Of a stretch of 64,000 nt of DNA, positions 9,324 through 19,217 are shown one piece after another. Within the stretch, counting starts at the first letter, position 1. The number at the start of each line of letters is the position of its first letter. The position numbers were made by a program, and so were the translations under genes. The notes beneath the pieces were generated by a model that made no database searches, was not told the DNA's origin, and saw nothing but the letters and a program-made list of their open reading frames with translations. Source of the DNA: Gammaproteobacteria bacterium (GTDB lineage Bacteria > Pseudomonadota > Gammaproteobacteria > GCA-001735895); contig JAAEMR010000159.1 in NCBI GenBank assembly GCA_024225395.1, positions 811-64,810 of the forward strand, given 5' to 3'.

Positions 9324-9854
9324 ATGAGTCTTACAGCCGTTACATCACATTTACAGCAAAGGCTGGAGCCCGTTGTCTCCCGCTTTATAAAGCCACAGTT
9401 TCTGAGCAATATTGCGACAAAGATGCCGCGTAAATTAAATTTCGTCGTGGTAGAAAAATTTCTGAATACGGCTTTTGCAGAACAGATTAGCGATGGAGAT
9501 TTTGAATTTCTGGAAGGTCGTGTGCTTCAGGTTGAGATTATCGATGCCGGTTTATTTGTAGGTTTAAGCTGTAGTCACAACAGAATTATCTGCAATCATT
9601 TTGACAGCAAGGCTTGCACTTCGGATGCGACACTTTCCATTGATACACTCAATGCGATTAATTTAATCCAGCAGGAAGTTGATCCGGATACATTGTTTTT
9701 CCAGCGTAAGCTAAAAATTAATGGCGATACAGAACTGGCCCATCATGTTAAGAATACGATTGATACGCTCGACCCTGAGGTTATTCCTGCTTTTATGCTG
9801 ACGATAATGGATAAGTATAAAATGAGAGTGCTTCTGCTTAATGCTTCACTGTAA
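9324..9854 (+). CDS. ubiT: Anaerobic ubiquinone biosynthesis accessory factor UbiT (SCP2 domain)
   Basis: DGDFEFLEGR, EVDPDTLFFQRKLKINGDTEL...VKN; adjacent to ubiUV. Confidence 0.9.
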   Translation: MSLTAVTSHLQQRLEPVVSRFIKPQFLSNIATKMPRKLNFVVVEKFLNTAFAEQISDGDFEFLEGRVLQVEIIDAGLFVGLSCSHNRIICNHFDSKACTSDATLSIDTLNAINLIQQEVDPDTLFFQRKLKINGDTELAHHVKNTIDTLDPEVIPAFMLTIMDKYKMRVLLLNASL

Positions 9855-10730
9855 GGGAATATATTTCATCCCTTCAACACCCAACCAGTAGCCATTACAG
9901 TATTCATATTCGCCAGTTAAGTTTGCTACTTTATCACTACCCGAAATCATTGCCGCTAACTGATCAACGGCTATAAGTGTATCCCTGGCGCTTACCGGCA
10001 CAATTCTTAGAATATCGACTCCAGCTAGCTGTATTTCCTGCCACCTGTCAAATAGATAAGTTATTTTTGCTGACTGCGTTTCAATACCATTAATCTGTGC
10101 AAAACTATCCCCTTCCTGGGTTTTGACCTTCAGTCCCTGTTCATAATCCAGGCATTTTAACTGGCAATCATCTTTTGGAAGCTGGTGATGCCGGGCAGTA
10201 AAACATCGTGCCGAATAAGCCAGCGGCATTCTGCCAAACACCTGGTATTCCAACTCAATACCGAGAGACTGGCAGTGACTTGCCATGGCTGCAATATCCT
10301 GCTGGCCGAGTTCGACCGGTACACACCAGCGACTCATTCCCTGCTTTTTCAGAATATCTAATGCCCTGTTGTTATAAACATTAATAGCCGTGCCAGCAAC
10401 ATATGCATTTCCATGCTCAGCGGCTACCTGAATAGCAGCCATGTCATTAGCTTCAATCAGGTATTCTTTTTGCTTAGCAATTTTACTCAGGTATTTTAAT
10501 TCCGAATCCGCTTCTAACAGGGTCAGGGTAGATAACACCACCTGCTTGCCGGCCCGGGTTAATAATTCTGCGATTTCCAGCCAGTCCTGAAACTTCATAG
10601 TCCGTCGTTTGGAACACACCGTTTCACCGAGATACACAATATCAACAGGACTTGAAGCTATCTTTTGATAAAAGGCAATATAGTCATCCTGTGACCAGAA
10701 ATAGGGTACTGCTGCTAATGATATTTTCAC
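9846..10730 (-). CDS. ubiV: Anaerobic ubiquinone biosynthesis protein UbiV (U32 family)
   Basis: VYLGETVCSKRR, LAYSARCFTAR, DDCQLKC, CNGYW; the GTG start overlaps the ubiU stop. Confidence 0.92.
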   Translation of the reverse strand: MKISLAAVPYFWSQDDYIAFYQKIASSPVDIVYLGETVCSKRRTMKFQDWLEIAELLTRAGKQVVLSTLTLLEADSELKYLSKIAKQKEYLIEANDMAAIQVAAEHGNAYVAGTAINVYNNRALDILKKQGMSRWCVPVELGQQDIAAMASHCQSLGIELEYQVFGRMPLAYSARCFTARHHQLPKDDCQLKCLDYEQGLKVKTQEGDSFAQINGIETQSAKITYLFDRWQEIQLAGVDILRIVPVSARDTLIAVDQLAAMISGSDKVANLTGEYEYCNGYWLGVEGMKYIPLQ

Positions 10731-11716
10731 TGCCAATCCCTTTCGTAAGCCCCAATCGTGGTCTGCTTGCCTTCAGCCAGGCTGGCCAGTTTATTGATTG
10801 AATCCTGTGCTACTTTTTCCCCGGTGTTTTCTACCCGGTCTATGGCTTCACGCCAGGCTTTTGTTACCGTCGCCACATAAGCCGGGCTGCGTTGACGTCC
10901 TTCGACTTTGATAGCAACTACACCCGATTGAATCAACTCCGGCAGAATATCCATGGTGTTTAAACTGGTAGGTTCCTCCAATGCATGTTCAACATTGCCA
11001 CCCACGTCGAAACGTCCTTTACACAAAGTCGGGTATCCAGCACTTTCATTTTCTGTAAATTTATCAATCAATAATCCATTCAGGCGAGACTCCAGCACTT
11101 CACCTTTATCTTCCCACTGAACAAATGCTGCCGGAGAACAGACACCCTGAGTATTGGGAGACTCTCCTGTCAGGTAAGACGACAGATAACAACGCCCTTC
11201 CGCCATGATACATAAACTACCAAAACCAAACACTTCAATTTCAACCGGAGCAGTTCTGGCTAATTTTGAAACCTGTGCGAGAGATAGAACCCGGGGTAAT
11301 ACAGCGCGTTTAATAGCAAAGTTATTATAATAAAAATTAAGTGATTCCAGGTTGGTGGATGAAGCCTGCACCGATAAATGGATGGGAAAAGTATCAGATT
11401 TGGAGCGAATGTAGTCCATCACTCCGGTATCGGCGACAATCAGCGTATCTATCCCCAGGGCCATCGCCTGATCAACGGAATTCGTCCAGCGTGCCCATTT
11501 ACTTTCTCGCGGATAAGTATTGATCGCACAATAAACCTTACAGTTTTTGGCATGCGCATAATTTATCGCTTTAGCTATCTGCTTTTCAGAAAAATTCAAC
11601 CCTGCAAAATGACGAGCATTGGTTTCATTTTTTAACCCCATGTAAACAGCATTCGCACCATTATCAACGGCTTTCACCAGAGATTGATAATTACCTGCAG
11701 GACAAACAAGATCCAC
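10727..11716 (-). CDS. ubiU: Anaerobic ubiquinone biosynthesis protein UbiU (U32 family)
   Basis: LVCPAG, TNARHFAGLNF, GSLCIMAEGRCYLSSY, GVCSPA, YPTLCKGRF, KVEGRQRSPAYV. Confidence 0.95.
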   Translation of the reverse strand: MDLVCPAGNYQSLVKAVDNGANAVYMGLKNETNARHFAGLNFSEKQIAKAINYAHAKNCKVYCAINTYPRESKWARWTNSVDQAMALGIDTLIVADTGVMDYIRSKSDTFPIHLSVQASSTNLESLNFYYNNFAIKRAVLPRVLSLAQVSKLARTAPVEIEVFGFGSLCIMAEGRCYLSSYLTGESPNTQGVCSPAAFVQWEDKGEVLESRLNGLLIDKFTENESAGYPTLCKGRFDVGGNVEHALEEPTSLNTMDILPELIQSGVVAIKVEGRQRSPAYVATVTKAWREAIDRVENTGEKVAQDSINKLASLAEGKQTTIGAYERDWQ

Positions 11717-11773
11717 GATCTATTCCTAAAATTGACGAGGTCATCTATTCTAGATAAAAATGGGCTCGTATCA

Positions 11774-11787
11774 TTGACCTTAATCAA
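11774..11787 (-). promoter_or_regulatory. FNR/Anr box for ubiUV
   Basis: TTGAC-ctta-ATCAA (1 mismatch); TAGAAT -10 element on the minus strand at 11747-11752. Confidence 0.75.
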
Positions 11788-11897
11788 CAAAACTGTTGCT
11801 GTAAATGATGTTATTAGCGCATTATTTTCTATTTTATTACTCCGTCAACTGCTACATTTAAAGCACAACTCTATTTGAAATATAGAATGGCATTATT

Positions 11898-12422
11898 GTG
11901 AGCATAAAAAATATACTTAAACGTTTTACTTCGAAAGACTCCAGAAACGATGAAATAGAGCAACAGAGCATGCGTAAAAGCAGTGCGAAAGAACATGATC
12001 AATTTATGGGAAGAATATATAAAGCCGTATCAACACACCGGGATAGTGAAGCCATATTTTTACTGCTTCAACGATTTGATATTGCTGAAACTCCATCTAA
12101 GCAATATGAAGAATTGTTTGATCACATGCATAAATGGGGGCCATCAAGAGTTCTACTTTGTCTAGGTCGTCTGATTATCGAAACACTGAACGAAGAACGG
12201 CGTTATGGCAGGGCGTTGTTTTTTATTGAAAAATGCCAGCAGGTCAGTCCTCAGTTTATTCTCGCCGACTTATCCCAGACTGTTTTTTATGCGAAAATGG
12301 CGGTTGAAGCGGACAAACTGGATGTGGCTAGAAATCTCATTTCTGACCCTGAGAAAAGATATGGAGAGATGGTAAACCTGGAGTTATGCAATAAGCTCAT
12401 CACCCATATTAATTTAGCTTAA
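11898..12422 (+). CDS. Hypothetical helical (TPR-like) protein
   Basis: 174 aa ORF with an amphipathic helical pattern; no recognised motif. Confidence 0.55.
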   Translation: MSIKNILKRFTSKDSRNDEIEQQSMRKSSAKEHDQFMGRIYKAVSTHRDSEAIFLLLQRFDIAETPSKQYEELFDHMHKWGPSRVLLCLGRLIIETLNEERRYGRALFFIEKCQQVSPQFILADLSQTVFYAKMAVEADKLDVARNLISDPEKRYGEMVNLELCNKLITHINLA

Positions 12423-12920
12423 AGCACCAGAGGTTCGTACAAAGGTTTGTTGAATTACCCAGGCATCACTACTAGCTCGATGACGTTCCGGAGAAGATTG
12501 TTCTATCACCTGATTTTTAATTTCATGCCAGTGTTCCATTTGCTGCTCATAAAGAATCATCTCTAACGGGCTAATGTAAAATGTTCGAGTAATACCCGCC
12601 TGAAAAAATAAAGTTTCTATCCATGGCTTATCGACAACCCAGCCATCAGAATAAACCGTTTTTCCATTTAATAATTCATTCAGCTTAAGGGCAACATCCA
12701 ACACCGGTCTCCCATGTGCCATTAAAGTATCACGTTGTATATGGTGAAGATTTTCTGCCGTAGCGTCCCAGTGATCCCACTCATCAACAGGAAGTATCAG
12801 GGTGGAAAATCGATTCCCATTTTCAAGAGCTACTCCGACTTCTATCGGGTAACTCTGAGGGTCAAAGCCTGAAGCTTCGACATCAATAATATTCGGTTTA
12901 AAACCTTCTCGTTTGATCAT
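12414..12920 (-). CDS. DEDDh 3'-5' exonuclease-like protein
   Basis: IIDVEASG...YPIEVG, SDGWVVD, HRASSDA. Confidence 0.75.
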   Translation of the reverse strand: MIKREGFKPNIIDVEASGFDPQSYPIEVGVALENGNRFSTLILPVDEWDHWDATAENLHHIQRDTLMAHGRPVLDVALKLNELLNGKTVYSDGWVVDKPWIETLFFQAGITRTFYISPLEMILYEQQMEHWHEIKNQVIEQSSPERHRASSDAWVIQQTFVRTSGALS

Positions 12921-13109
12921 CCCTGTTCACTCAAAATAGCAGCATAATCCAAGTGTAGTAAAATTCTGACAAATTTCAAAATATTTTATTAAAATTACTC
13001 TGTAAAAAAATAATGTAGATCGATAAGTATCACAAACTCTGCCATTACATCCATTGGTTTCATAAACAGAGCATCTCCGCACCACTTCTCCTGCATATTT
13101 TAGCCGGAA

Positions 13110-15371
13110 TTATTTTATTTGAATGGGCGCCCGGTCTTCGGATAACTCATTAATCCAACCAATGATTCGAGCATCAGCATATCCTGATAAATTCAGTTCA
13201 GCCACGCAGGCACCGGCCTTTTCATTTGGTACCCCGGCCAGTAAACCACCTGCAGTTTGCGGATCAAATAACAATGGAAAAGCAGGATGTTTAGCTGCAT
13301 TTTCAATATCATGAATAGCACGGCGTAAGCGCAGGTTCGCAGGCTGTAATGAGGACAGGATTCCTGCTGCAACTGTATCCATAGCGCCATCCAGCAACGG
13401 CAATGCATCCATGACTATTTCAGCATCTACTTCTGATGCTTTTGTCATTTCGATCAGGTGACCGATAATCCCAAAACCCGTCAGATCTGTACAGGCCGTT
13501 ACATTATGTTTTTGTAAACAGGCTGCTGCCTGCTGGTTGGAAAGCAACATAGATTGAATTGCTGCATCTACCCAGCGCCCCTTTGCTTTACCACGCATTT
13601 CTGCGGCGAATAAAGTTCCTGTTCCTACCGCTTTTGTGAGTACGATGGCATCACCCGGTTGCAATCCGCTTTTACGCCATACCTTGCTGGGATCGATTAA
13701 GCCATTCACCGTTAGGCCAAAAGCCAGCTCTGCACCTTCGCTGGAATGACCACCGATTAACACGGCTCCGGTTGGCTGAATGATAGACATGGCACCAGCC
13801 ATGACATCGTATAATGTTTCTTCGACCACTTTCTCGCGACCATAAGGAACCGTTGCAATAGCCTGCACCGACTGGGCTTCAGCCCCCATCGCAAAAATAT
13901 CACCCAGAGCATGGTTTGCCGCTATGGCCCCAAAAGTATAGGTATCTTCAATAAAGGTACGGAAATAATCGACGCTTTGCACCATCACTTTTCCTTCCGG
14001 CACGGCCAGCATGGCACAGTCATCAGGAGAATCTCTCCCAATCAAAACATCATCACGTTTTTCATCCGGCAGACGTTGCATCACTCTGGATAAAATGGTC
14101 GCCCCCACTTTGGCACCGCAACCACCACAACGCATGGCAGACATTGATAGTTCATTTATCACTTCAGCATTGGCTATGCCCGAGGCAAGTTGCAGACTAT
14201 CCTCCTCTTCCATTTCAGGCAATTCATTAAACTTGCGCATGAAGTTAACATCGATCCAGTCTTTAACTTTCCATAACCAGGCAGCCTCATACGACCAGTT
14301 TCCACGCGATGCCAATGCATACTTATCACCCGTACTTATTAAACCGAGAAAATTTTTCTGTGCTCTATAGGGTTTTAGTTGACCACCGGTTGCTGCAGCT
14401 CGTAGGTTACGCTCTAGCACCGGTCCCTGCCTGACGGCAAAAACACCCGACTTGGGTCTCGGGTCAATCAATGAGGCAATATCACCTGCGGAAAATATAT
14501 TTTTATGCGATACAGATTGCAGGTTTTTATCAACCTTTATAAAACCAGATTCATCCACAGCAAGTCCAGCCTGGGCTGGCCAGGCCGGACTTGCGGCTGT
14601 AGTCACCCAGATAACCGCATCAGCATCAACAGTTGATCCATCTTGCAGAATAACCTGACCGGCTCTAACTTCAGTCACTCTGTTGTTTGTTTTAATCGTG
14701 ATAAAACGTTCAGTAAAAATACGCTCGAAACGTTCGCGAACACCTGCATTGTGCAGGTGCATTATGCAATCGCTTTCGGTGATCAATGAGTATTTCAGGC
14801 GTCCAGGATCATCTCCCGCCTGCTTTAAAGTGTTTTGTAAACGGTATTGAGTAGACAGAGCTAGTTCCACTCCACCGGCACCACCACCCACAACAACCAC
14901 TCTGAACTTTCCTTTACTGTTACTAACCCGGTTTACCAGTGCTTCCCATTTTTGCAGGAATACATCGATGGGCTTGGCGGCAATTGCAAAATCATCAATG
15001 CCGGGAACATTAAGACTATTGGGTCGGGAACCTGTATTTATTGACAATAAATCATAGGAAATATTCGGACGCCCCCGAACAATGACCTGGGAATTTTTAA
15101 TATCCAGTGCGTCAACTTCAGCATGATATAAACGTGCTCCGGCAAAACGAGCCATAGGACCCAGATCGATATGACAATCGTCATAATCGTAATGCCCGGC
15201 AATATAACCGGGCACCATGCCCGAGTAAGGGGTATGGATATCACGGGAAATCAGGGTAACCCTCAACCCGGGTACCGGCTTCATTCCAAGACGTTTTAAT
15301 ACAGTGACATGTGCGTGGCCGCCACCAATTAACAGCAGGTCTTTTGCTACGGGTAAATTGATAGTTTTCAT
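13110..15371 (-). CDS. selD: Selenide, water dikinase SelD fused to an N-terminal pyridine nucleotide-disulfide oxidoreductase domain
   Basis: GGGHAH and GGGAGGVE Rossmann motifs, PKSGVFAVRQGP; then MRCGGCGAKV, DDCA, QSVDYF, GDIFAMG, GGHS, TDLTGFG, DPQTAGGLL. Confidence 0.92.
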   Translation of the reverse strand: MKTINLPVAKDLLLIGGGHAHVTVLKRLGMKPVPGLRVTLISRDIHTPYSGMVPGYIAGHYDYDDCHIDLGPMARFAGARLYHAEVDALDIKNSQVIVRGRPNISYDLLSINTGSRPNSLNVPGIDDFAIAAKPIDVFLQKWEALVNRVSNSKGKFRVVVVGGGAGGVELALSTQYRLQNTLKQAGDDPGRLKYSLITESDCIMHLHNAGVRERFERIFTERFITIKTNNRVTEVRAGQVILQDGSTVDADAVIWVTTAASPAWPAQAGLAVDESGFIKVDKNLQSVSHKNIFSAGDIASLIDPRPKSGVFAVRQGPVLERNLRAAATGGQLKPYRAQKNFLGLISTGDKYALASRGNWSYEAAWLWKVKDWIDVNFMRKFNELPEMEEEDSLQLASGIANAEVINELSMSAMRCGGCGAKVGATILSRVMQRLPDEKRDDVLIGRDSPDDCAMLAVPEGKVMVQSVDYFRTFIEDTYTFGAIAANHALGDIFAMGAEAQSVQAIATVPYGREKVVEETLYDVMAGAMSIIQPTGAVLIGGHSSEGAELAFGLTVNGLIDPSKVWRKSGLQPGDAIVLTKAVGTGTLFAAEMRGKAKGRWVDAAIQSMLLSNQQAAACLQKHNVTACTDLTGFGIIGHLIEMTKASEVDAEIVMDALPLLDGAMDTVAAGILSSLQPANLRLRRAIHDIENAAKHPAFPLLFDPQTAGGLLAGVPNEKAGACVAELNLSGYADARIIGWINELSEDRAPIQIK

Positions 15372-15445
15372 TTGTTATATTTTCTTTGCTTTCTCACACA
15401 TTTTATTACTCAACCAACAATAATACTCCACTACTTTAAAGGCTA

Positions 15446-15538
15446 TTCACCACGAAGGCACGCAGAGCACGAAGCTAAAAAACATAATTTGTATTATATA
15501 TTTTAATTTCTTAGTAAGCGTAGTTCCTTCATGGTGAA
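15446..15538. repeat. CACGAAG-unit inverted-repeat element, copy 1
   Basis: ttcaccacgaaggcacgcagagcacgaag ... cttagtaagcgtagttccttcatggtgaa. Confidence 0.8.
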
Positions 15539-15760
15539 CAATTTTTGAATTTTTTAATTATGCTGATTAGTAACTTTAGAGCGGGTCTAATGAATCGTTA
15601 TAGTGATGCCATTCCATATGGATCGTACGATGGTATTGACTCAATTTCGAGATTGATCAGGGTCCAGGTTGAAGCTATCGCCGCAACCCACTTTAAACTC
15701 AGGACACAGCTATTAAGGTACCGGAGCTGGCTATAATTTAGCAGCGAAAGGTAGTAGCCA

Positions 15761-18010
15761 TTATCCTCTTTCTTTCGTAAGCCTTATTTCTTCAACCTGT
15801 GTAATAGAAGTTTGAAATTTTTTGGGAATGACAACTGGATTAGTTGACTTGATGGAAGTAGATTTCACCTCTTCATTTTGCTTAAGGTTGACATAGGCTT
15901 CAAAGCGCTCACGAATTTTTCTGACATATTTGACCGGCTCTGCACCATCCACATAACCATATCTTGCTTTACTGGAATACGTTTTTTTTGATAGTAATAA
16001 CATTGCCTTTTCAGTATGTTCAAACCAGCGTTTACTATCCCAGCCTTTCTGAGCTGCCAGGCGTTGAGCATCCTGAACATGTCCAGCCCCTGCATTATAA
16101 GCGGCCAGGGTAAACCATATTTTCTCAGACACAGGTATATCCTTATCAAACCTGTCTCTCAACCAGTCCATGTACTTAATGCCTCCCTTAATATTACTAT
16201 CCGGATGTTTAATATCTTTCACCCCTACAGATTTTGCCGTTCTGGGCATTAATTGCATCAACCCTTTTGCGCCTGCAAATGATTTTGCTTTTGGATTAAA
16301 ACGACTTTCCTGATACATCTGAGCAGTAATCAGGCGCCAGTCAAAGCCATATTTATCTGCATATTTTTTTGTTAATTTATCCCAGGGAGATAGCTTATTA
16401 ATATCGATATTTTCTATACGGCCTTTAGCCAGTTTTTTTATAGATTTTCTGCTGGTAAAATACTTACTGTACAAAACGTTATAATACTCACTATTTTCAT
16501 TCTTTTTAATAAACTCGTTAATCGCCTTAACCAGCTTTAAATTTTTTTCTCGTATGGCTACCGCCTGTTCTCGTTTATCGCCAATGGTAAAGACTGATTT
16601 TACCGGTACCGATTTAGCCAGTTCTATATCCAGGATATGTGCATCGGCCAGAGTAACATCCAGTTTTTTAGCTCCGACAATTTTAATTAATTCCTCCGTT
16701 TCCATATCTTCCGGGGCAGCCTTAAAATTAAACTCTATTCCCATCTTGATCAATTTATCCAGAGTTTCCCAATAAGCACTCGACTTTCTAACACTTATTA
16801 TTCTATCGCCAATTTCTCTGATGCTTTTCAGAGAATCATCTTTATGCACAACAACATGCTGATACTCCCGGTTGTAAGCATTAGAAAACTTGATGCCCAG
16901 AGCTTCTCGCTTTTTAGTGGGTTCCAGAAATCCTATAGCCAGATCAGCCTTTCCTTCAACTAACCAGGTTAAAAGCTCCTTGTGTGTAGGTGGCACTAGA
17001 ACTTCCAGGCGCAAACCATGAAATTTTGCAAAAGAATTCACCATTTCATATTCAAATCCCAGTAGCTCTCCTTTATACAAAAAATATGATGAAGCATTAT
17101 TACGCAACAATACCCTGAGGACCTTACGTTTCTTAATCTCATCAAAGTCTCCCTTAAAGACTTTATTATTGAGTTCTGACAGGTGTTCCAGTTGTAAATA
17201 TTGATTCAGCGCATTCAATAAAGCAGGAGCTTCTTTGCGCACACCCCAGGCAATATCTCTTTTCCCGCTAAAATTTACAGCGACCTTAAAGTCATCCCGA
17301 TACCCTAAATACATCTCAACGATATTACTATCGCGGATGGTTGCATCTATTTTTCCCAGGGCTAATAGATCCATCTCTTCTTCATCCAGCATTCCGTCCG
17401 GTCTTGGAATTAACTCGATATCTTTATATTTTTGTTTTTTCAACCAGCTAAGAGAGTCCCAGAATGTAGAGTTGGGGGATACCATAACCCGCTTATAATT
17501 CAAGTCACTGACCAGTTTAATGCTGTCATCAGCTATGTTAACCAGCACTTTTTCTCGCACATGGTCTAATGGTACGGAGAATGCTATTTTTTTCCTGCGT
17601 GCATCAGTCACGGTTAAATTGCCCACCACAATATCACCCTTACCTGATTCCAGGGCCGGGATCAAATCGCCAAAATTATCGACAATGATCAGTTCAGGTG
17701 TTAACTCAAAGAAACGTGCGAATGCTTCAACTATTTCGTGTTGCTGACTGACTGGCGATCCCTTACGCGGCAGGTATCGACCACCGCCGATGTTGGCAGG
17801 GATAACAATTCGAAGCTTGCCACGTTTTTTGATAGCTTCGAAATCGCCTTTAAATTCTTCACTTGAGGATAACGGGGTAATCAGGCGACCGGGAAGGCTG
17901 GAACTGTAAGTTTCGCCGATATAAAAAATCAGTATAAAGCTGAGTAGTAACCTGAGGGCTATAATTCTCTGCGCCATAACATAAACATTGCACTTAGTTG
18001 CAACCAGCAT
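15761..18010 (-). CDS. MltF-like lytic murein transglycosylase with two tandem substrate-binding (family 3) domains
   Basis: Two repeats starting FKGDFxxIKKRxxLR; C-terminal SLT domain (DWRLITAQMYQESRF, GAKGLMQLMP, LAAYNAG, RYGY). The start may be at 17977. Confidence 0.85.
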   Translation of the reverse strand: MLVATKCNVYVMAQRIIALRLLLSFILIFYIGETYSSSLPGRLITPLSSSEEFKGDFEAIKKRGKLRIVIPANIGGGRYLPRKGSPVSQQHEIVEAFARFFELTPELIIVDNFGDLIPALESGKGDIVVGNLTVTDARRKKIAFSVPLDHVREKVLVNIADDSIKLVSDLNYKRVMVSPNSTFWDSLSWLKKQKYKDIELIPRPDGMLDEEEMDLLALGKIDATIRDSNIVEMYLGYRDDFKVAVNFSGKRDIAWGVRKEAPALLNALNQYLQLEHLSELNNKVFKGDFDEIKKRKVLRVLLRNNASSYFLYKGELLGFEYEMVNSFAKFHGLRLEVLVPPTHKELLTWLVEGKADLAIGFLEPTKKREALGIKFSNAYNREYQHVVVHKDDSLKSIREIGDRIISVRKSSAYWETLDKLIKMGIEFNFKAAPEDMETEELIKIVGAKKLDVTLADAHILDIELAKSVPVKSVFTIGDKREQAVAIREKNLKLVKAINEFIKKNENSEYYNVLYSKYFTSRKSIKKLAKGRIENIDINKLSPWDKLTKKYADKYGFDWRLITAQMYQESRFNPKAKSFAGAKGLMQLMPRTAKSVGVKDIKHPDSNIKGGIKYMDWLRDRFDKDIPVSEKIWFTLAAYNAGAGHVQDAQRLAAQKGWDSKRWFEHTEKAMLLLSKKTYSSKARYGYVDGAEPVKYVRKIRERFEAYVNLKQNEEVKSTSIKSTNPVVIPKKFQTSITQVEEIRLTKERG

Positions 18011-18142
18011 AAAAGCCCTTTGCCAAAATGTCTATGATTAATAGTCAGCAATTACAGTGAATATTTACAGGGTAACCATTTTAAATAAACAAAATCAGAA
18101 AGCTATTGCAGGATATGTTTAGTACACCCTGCAACAGGCAAA

Positions 18143-19048
18143 CTAACTATTATCGACACCACCGAGGTATTCACATAAAACGGGAATAAATCGGGATAAC
18201 TCGAGAGACATCAAAGCAAAGTCAGCATCAAAGCGCATCACTTCATCATCTGCAGCCGTGTCTGAAGCTTCTTCCATCACCAGATCCATAAATTTCAACC
18301 GTTTGATGGATAAATCTTCAGCCAGTACGCAGGATATTCTCTGCTGCCATTCAATCGCTAATTTGGACACGATCTTGCCTGAATTCAGGTGCTGCTGAAC
18401 CTCATCACTGCCCAGATCAACACCACGAATTCGAATGACACCACCGTTTTCCACCGGTTCTTTAAGTTCACATTCATCAGAAATTTCTACGTCAGCCGGA
18501 GCCAGGTTTTTTACCCAGCCAGTCATAATGACTGAAGGTGCAGAGTTGACCGCTAAAGGTTTCACCTTGAATGAACCCAGAGTATCTCGAATTAAGGTAA
18601 GTATTTCCTCTGCTTTATTGCTTGTAGTGCAATTTAAAATAACACGGTTATTTCTGGGATCGATATAAGCATAACTACGGCTGGACTTAGTAAAAGCACG
18701 GGGTAATAGATCAACGATAACCTCATCCTTAATATCATTTTTTTCTTTACGTCCGACAGTTCGTGCGTCTTTAGCTTCAATCTCATCCACCTTCTCATCT
18801 ACTGCATCGCGAACCACAGAAGCCGGTAATATACGGTCCTCACGGCGCATACATAACATCAGGCAGCCGTTAGTTGCATGCACCAGTTGATTTCCATGCT
18901 TACCCAGAGGGTAAGCCCAGCCAATTCGAAATTTATCCAGCCCCTGACAGGGTTTAAAAGCTTTATCTAATAGAATCTCATGCAACTCTTCTGCAGAAGC
19001 ATTAAAAGTTTCAGTGAGTTGGTATATCTGTAAATTACGGAACCACAT
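18143..19048 (-). CDS. rdgC: Recombination-associated protein RdgC
   Basis: MWFRNLQIY, LLPRAF, SIKRLKF, RFDADFALM. Confidence 0.95.
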   Translation of the reverse strand: MWFRNLQIYQLTETFNASAEELHEILLDKAFKPCQGLDKFRIGWAYPLGKHGNQLVHATNGCLMLCMRREDRILPASVVRDAVDEKVDEIEAKDARTVGRKEKNDIKDEVIVDLLPRAFTKSSRSYAYIDPRNNRVILNCTTSNKAEEILTLIRDTLGSFKVKPLAVNSAPSVIMTGWVKNLAPADVEISDECELKEPVENGGVIRIRGVDLGSDEVQQHLNSGKIVSKLAIEWQQRISCVLAEDLSIKRLKFMDLVMEEASDTAADDEVMRFDADFALMSLELSRFIPVLCEYLGGVDNS

Positions 19049-19217
19049 GCGAATGAAATCTCAGCCGGAAAAGGGTCGAGATTATGGCGAATTGAGATTC
19101 AATTATCCAGATGAGTTTGTGCTTTTTTTTAGTTAAAAAATTACGTTGAATTAGACAGCTAAAGCTTACACCCTCAACTACTCAACCAGTTTCGTAGTAG
19201 CAAGCTTTAGCTCCGAT

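Noticed and set aside
15545..15736. 63-aa ORF or tRNA-Sec near selD
   Set aside because: No RBS or recognisable protein motif, and no cloverleaf, TTCRA T-loop or UCA anticodon arm.
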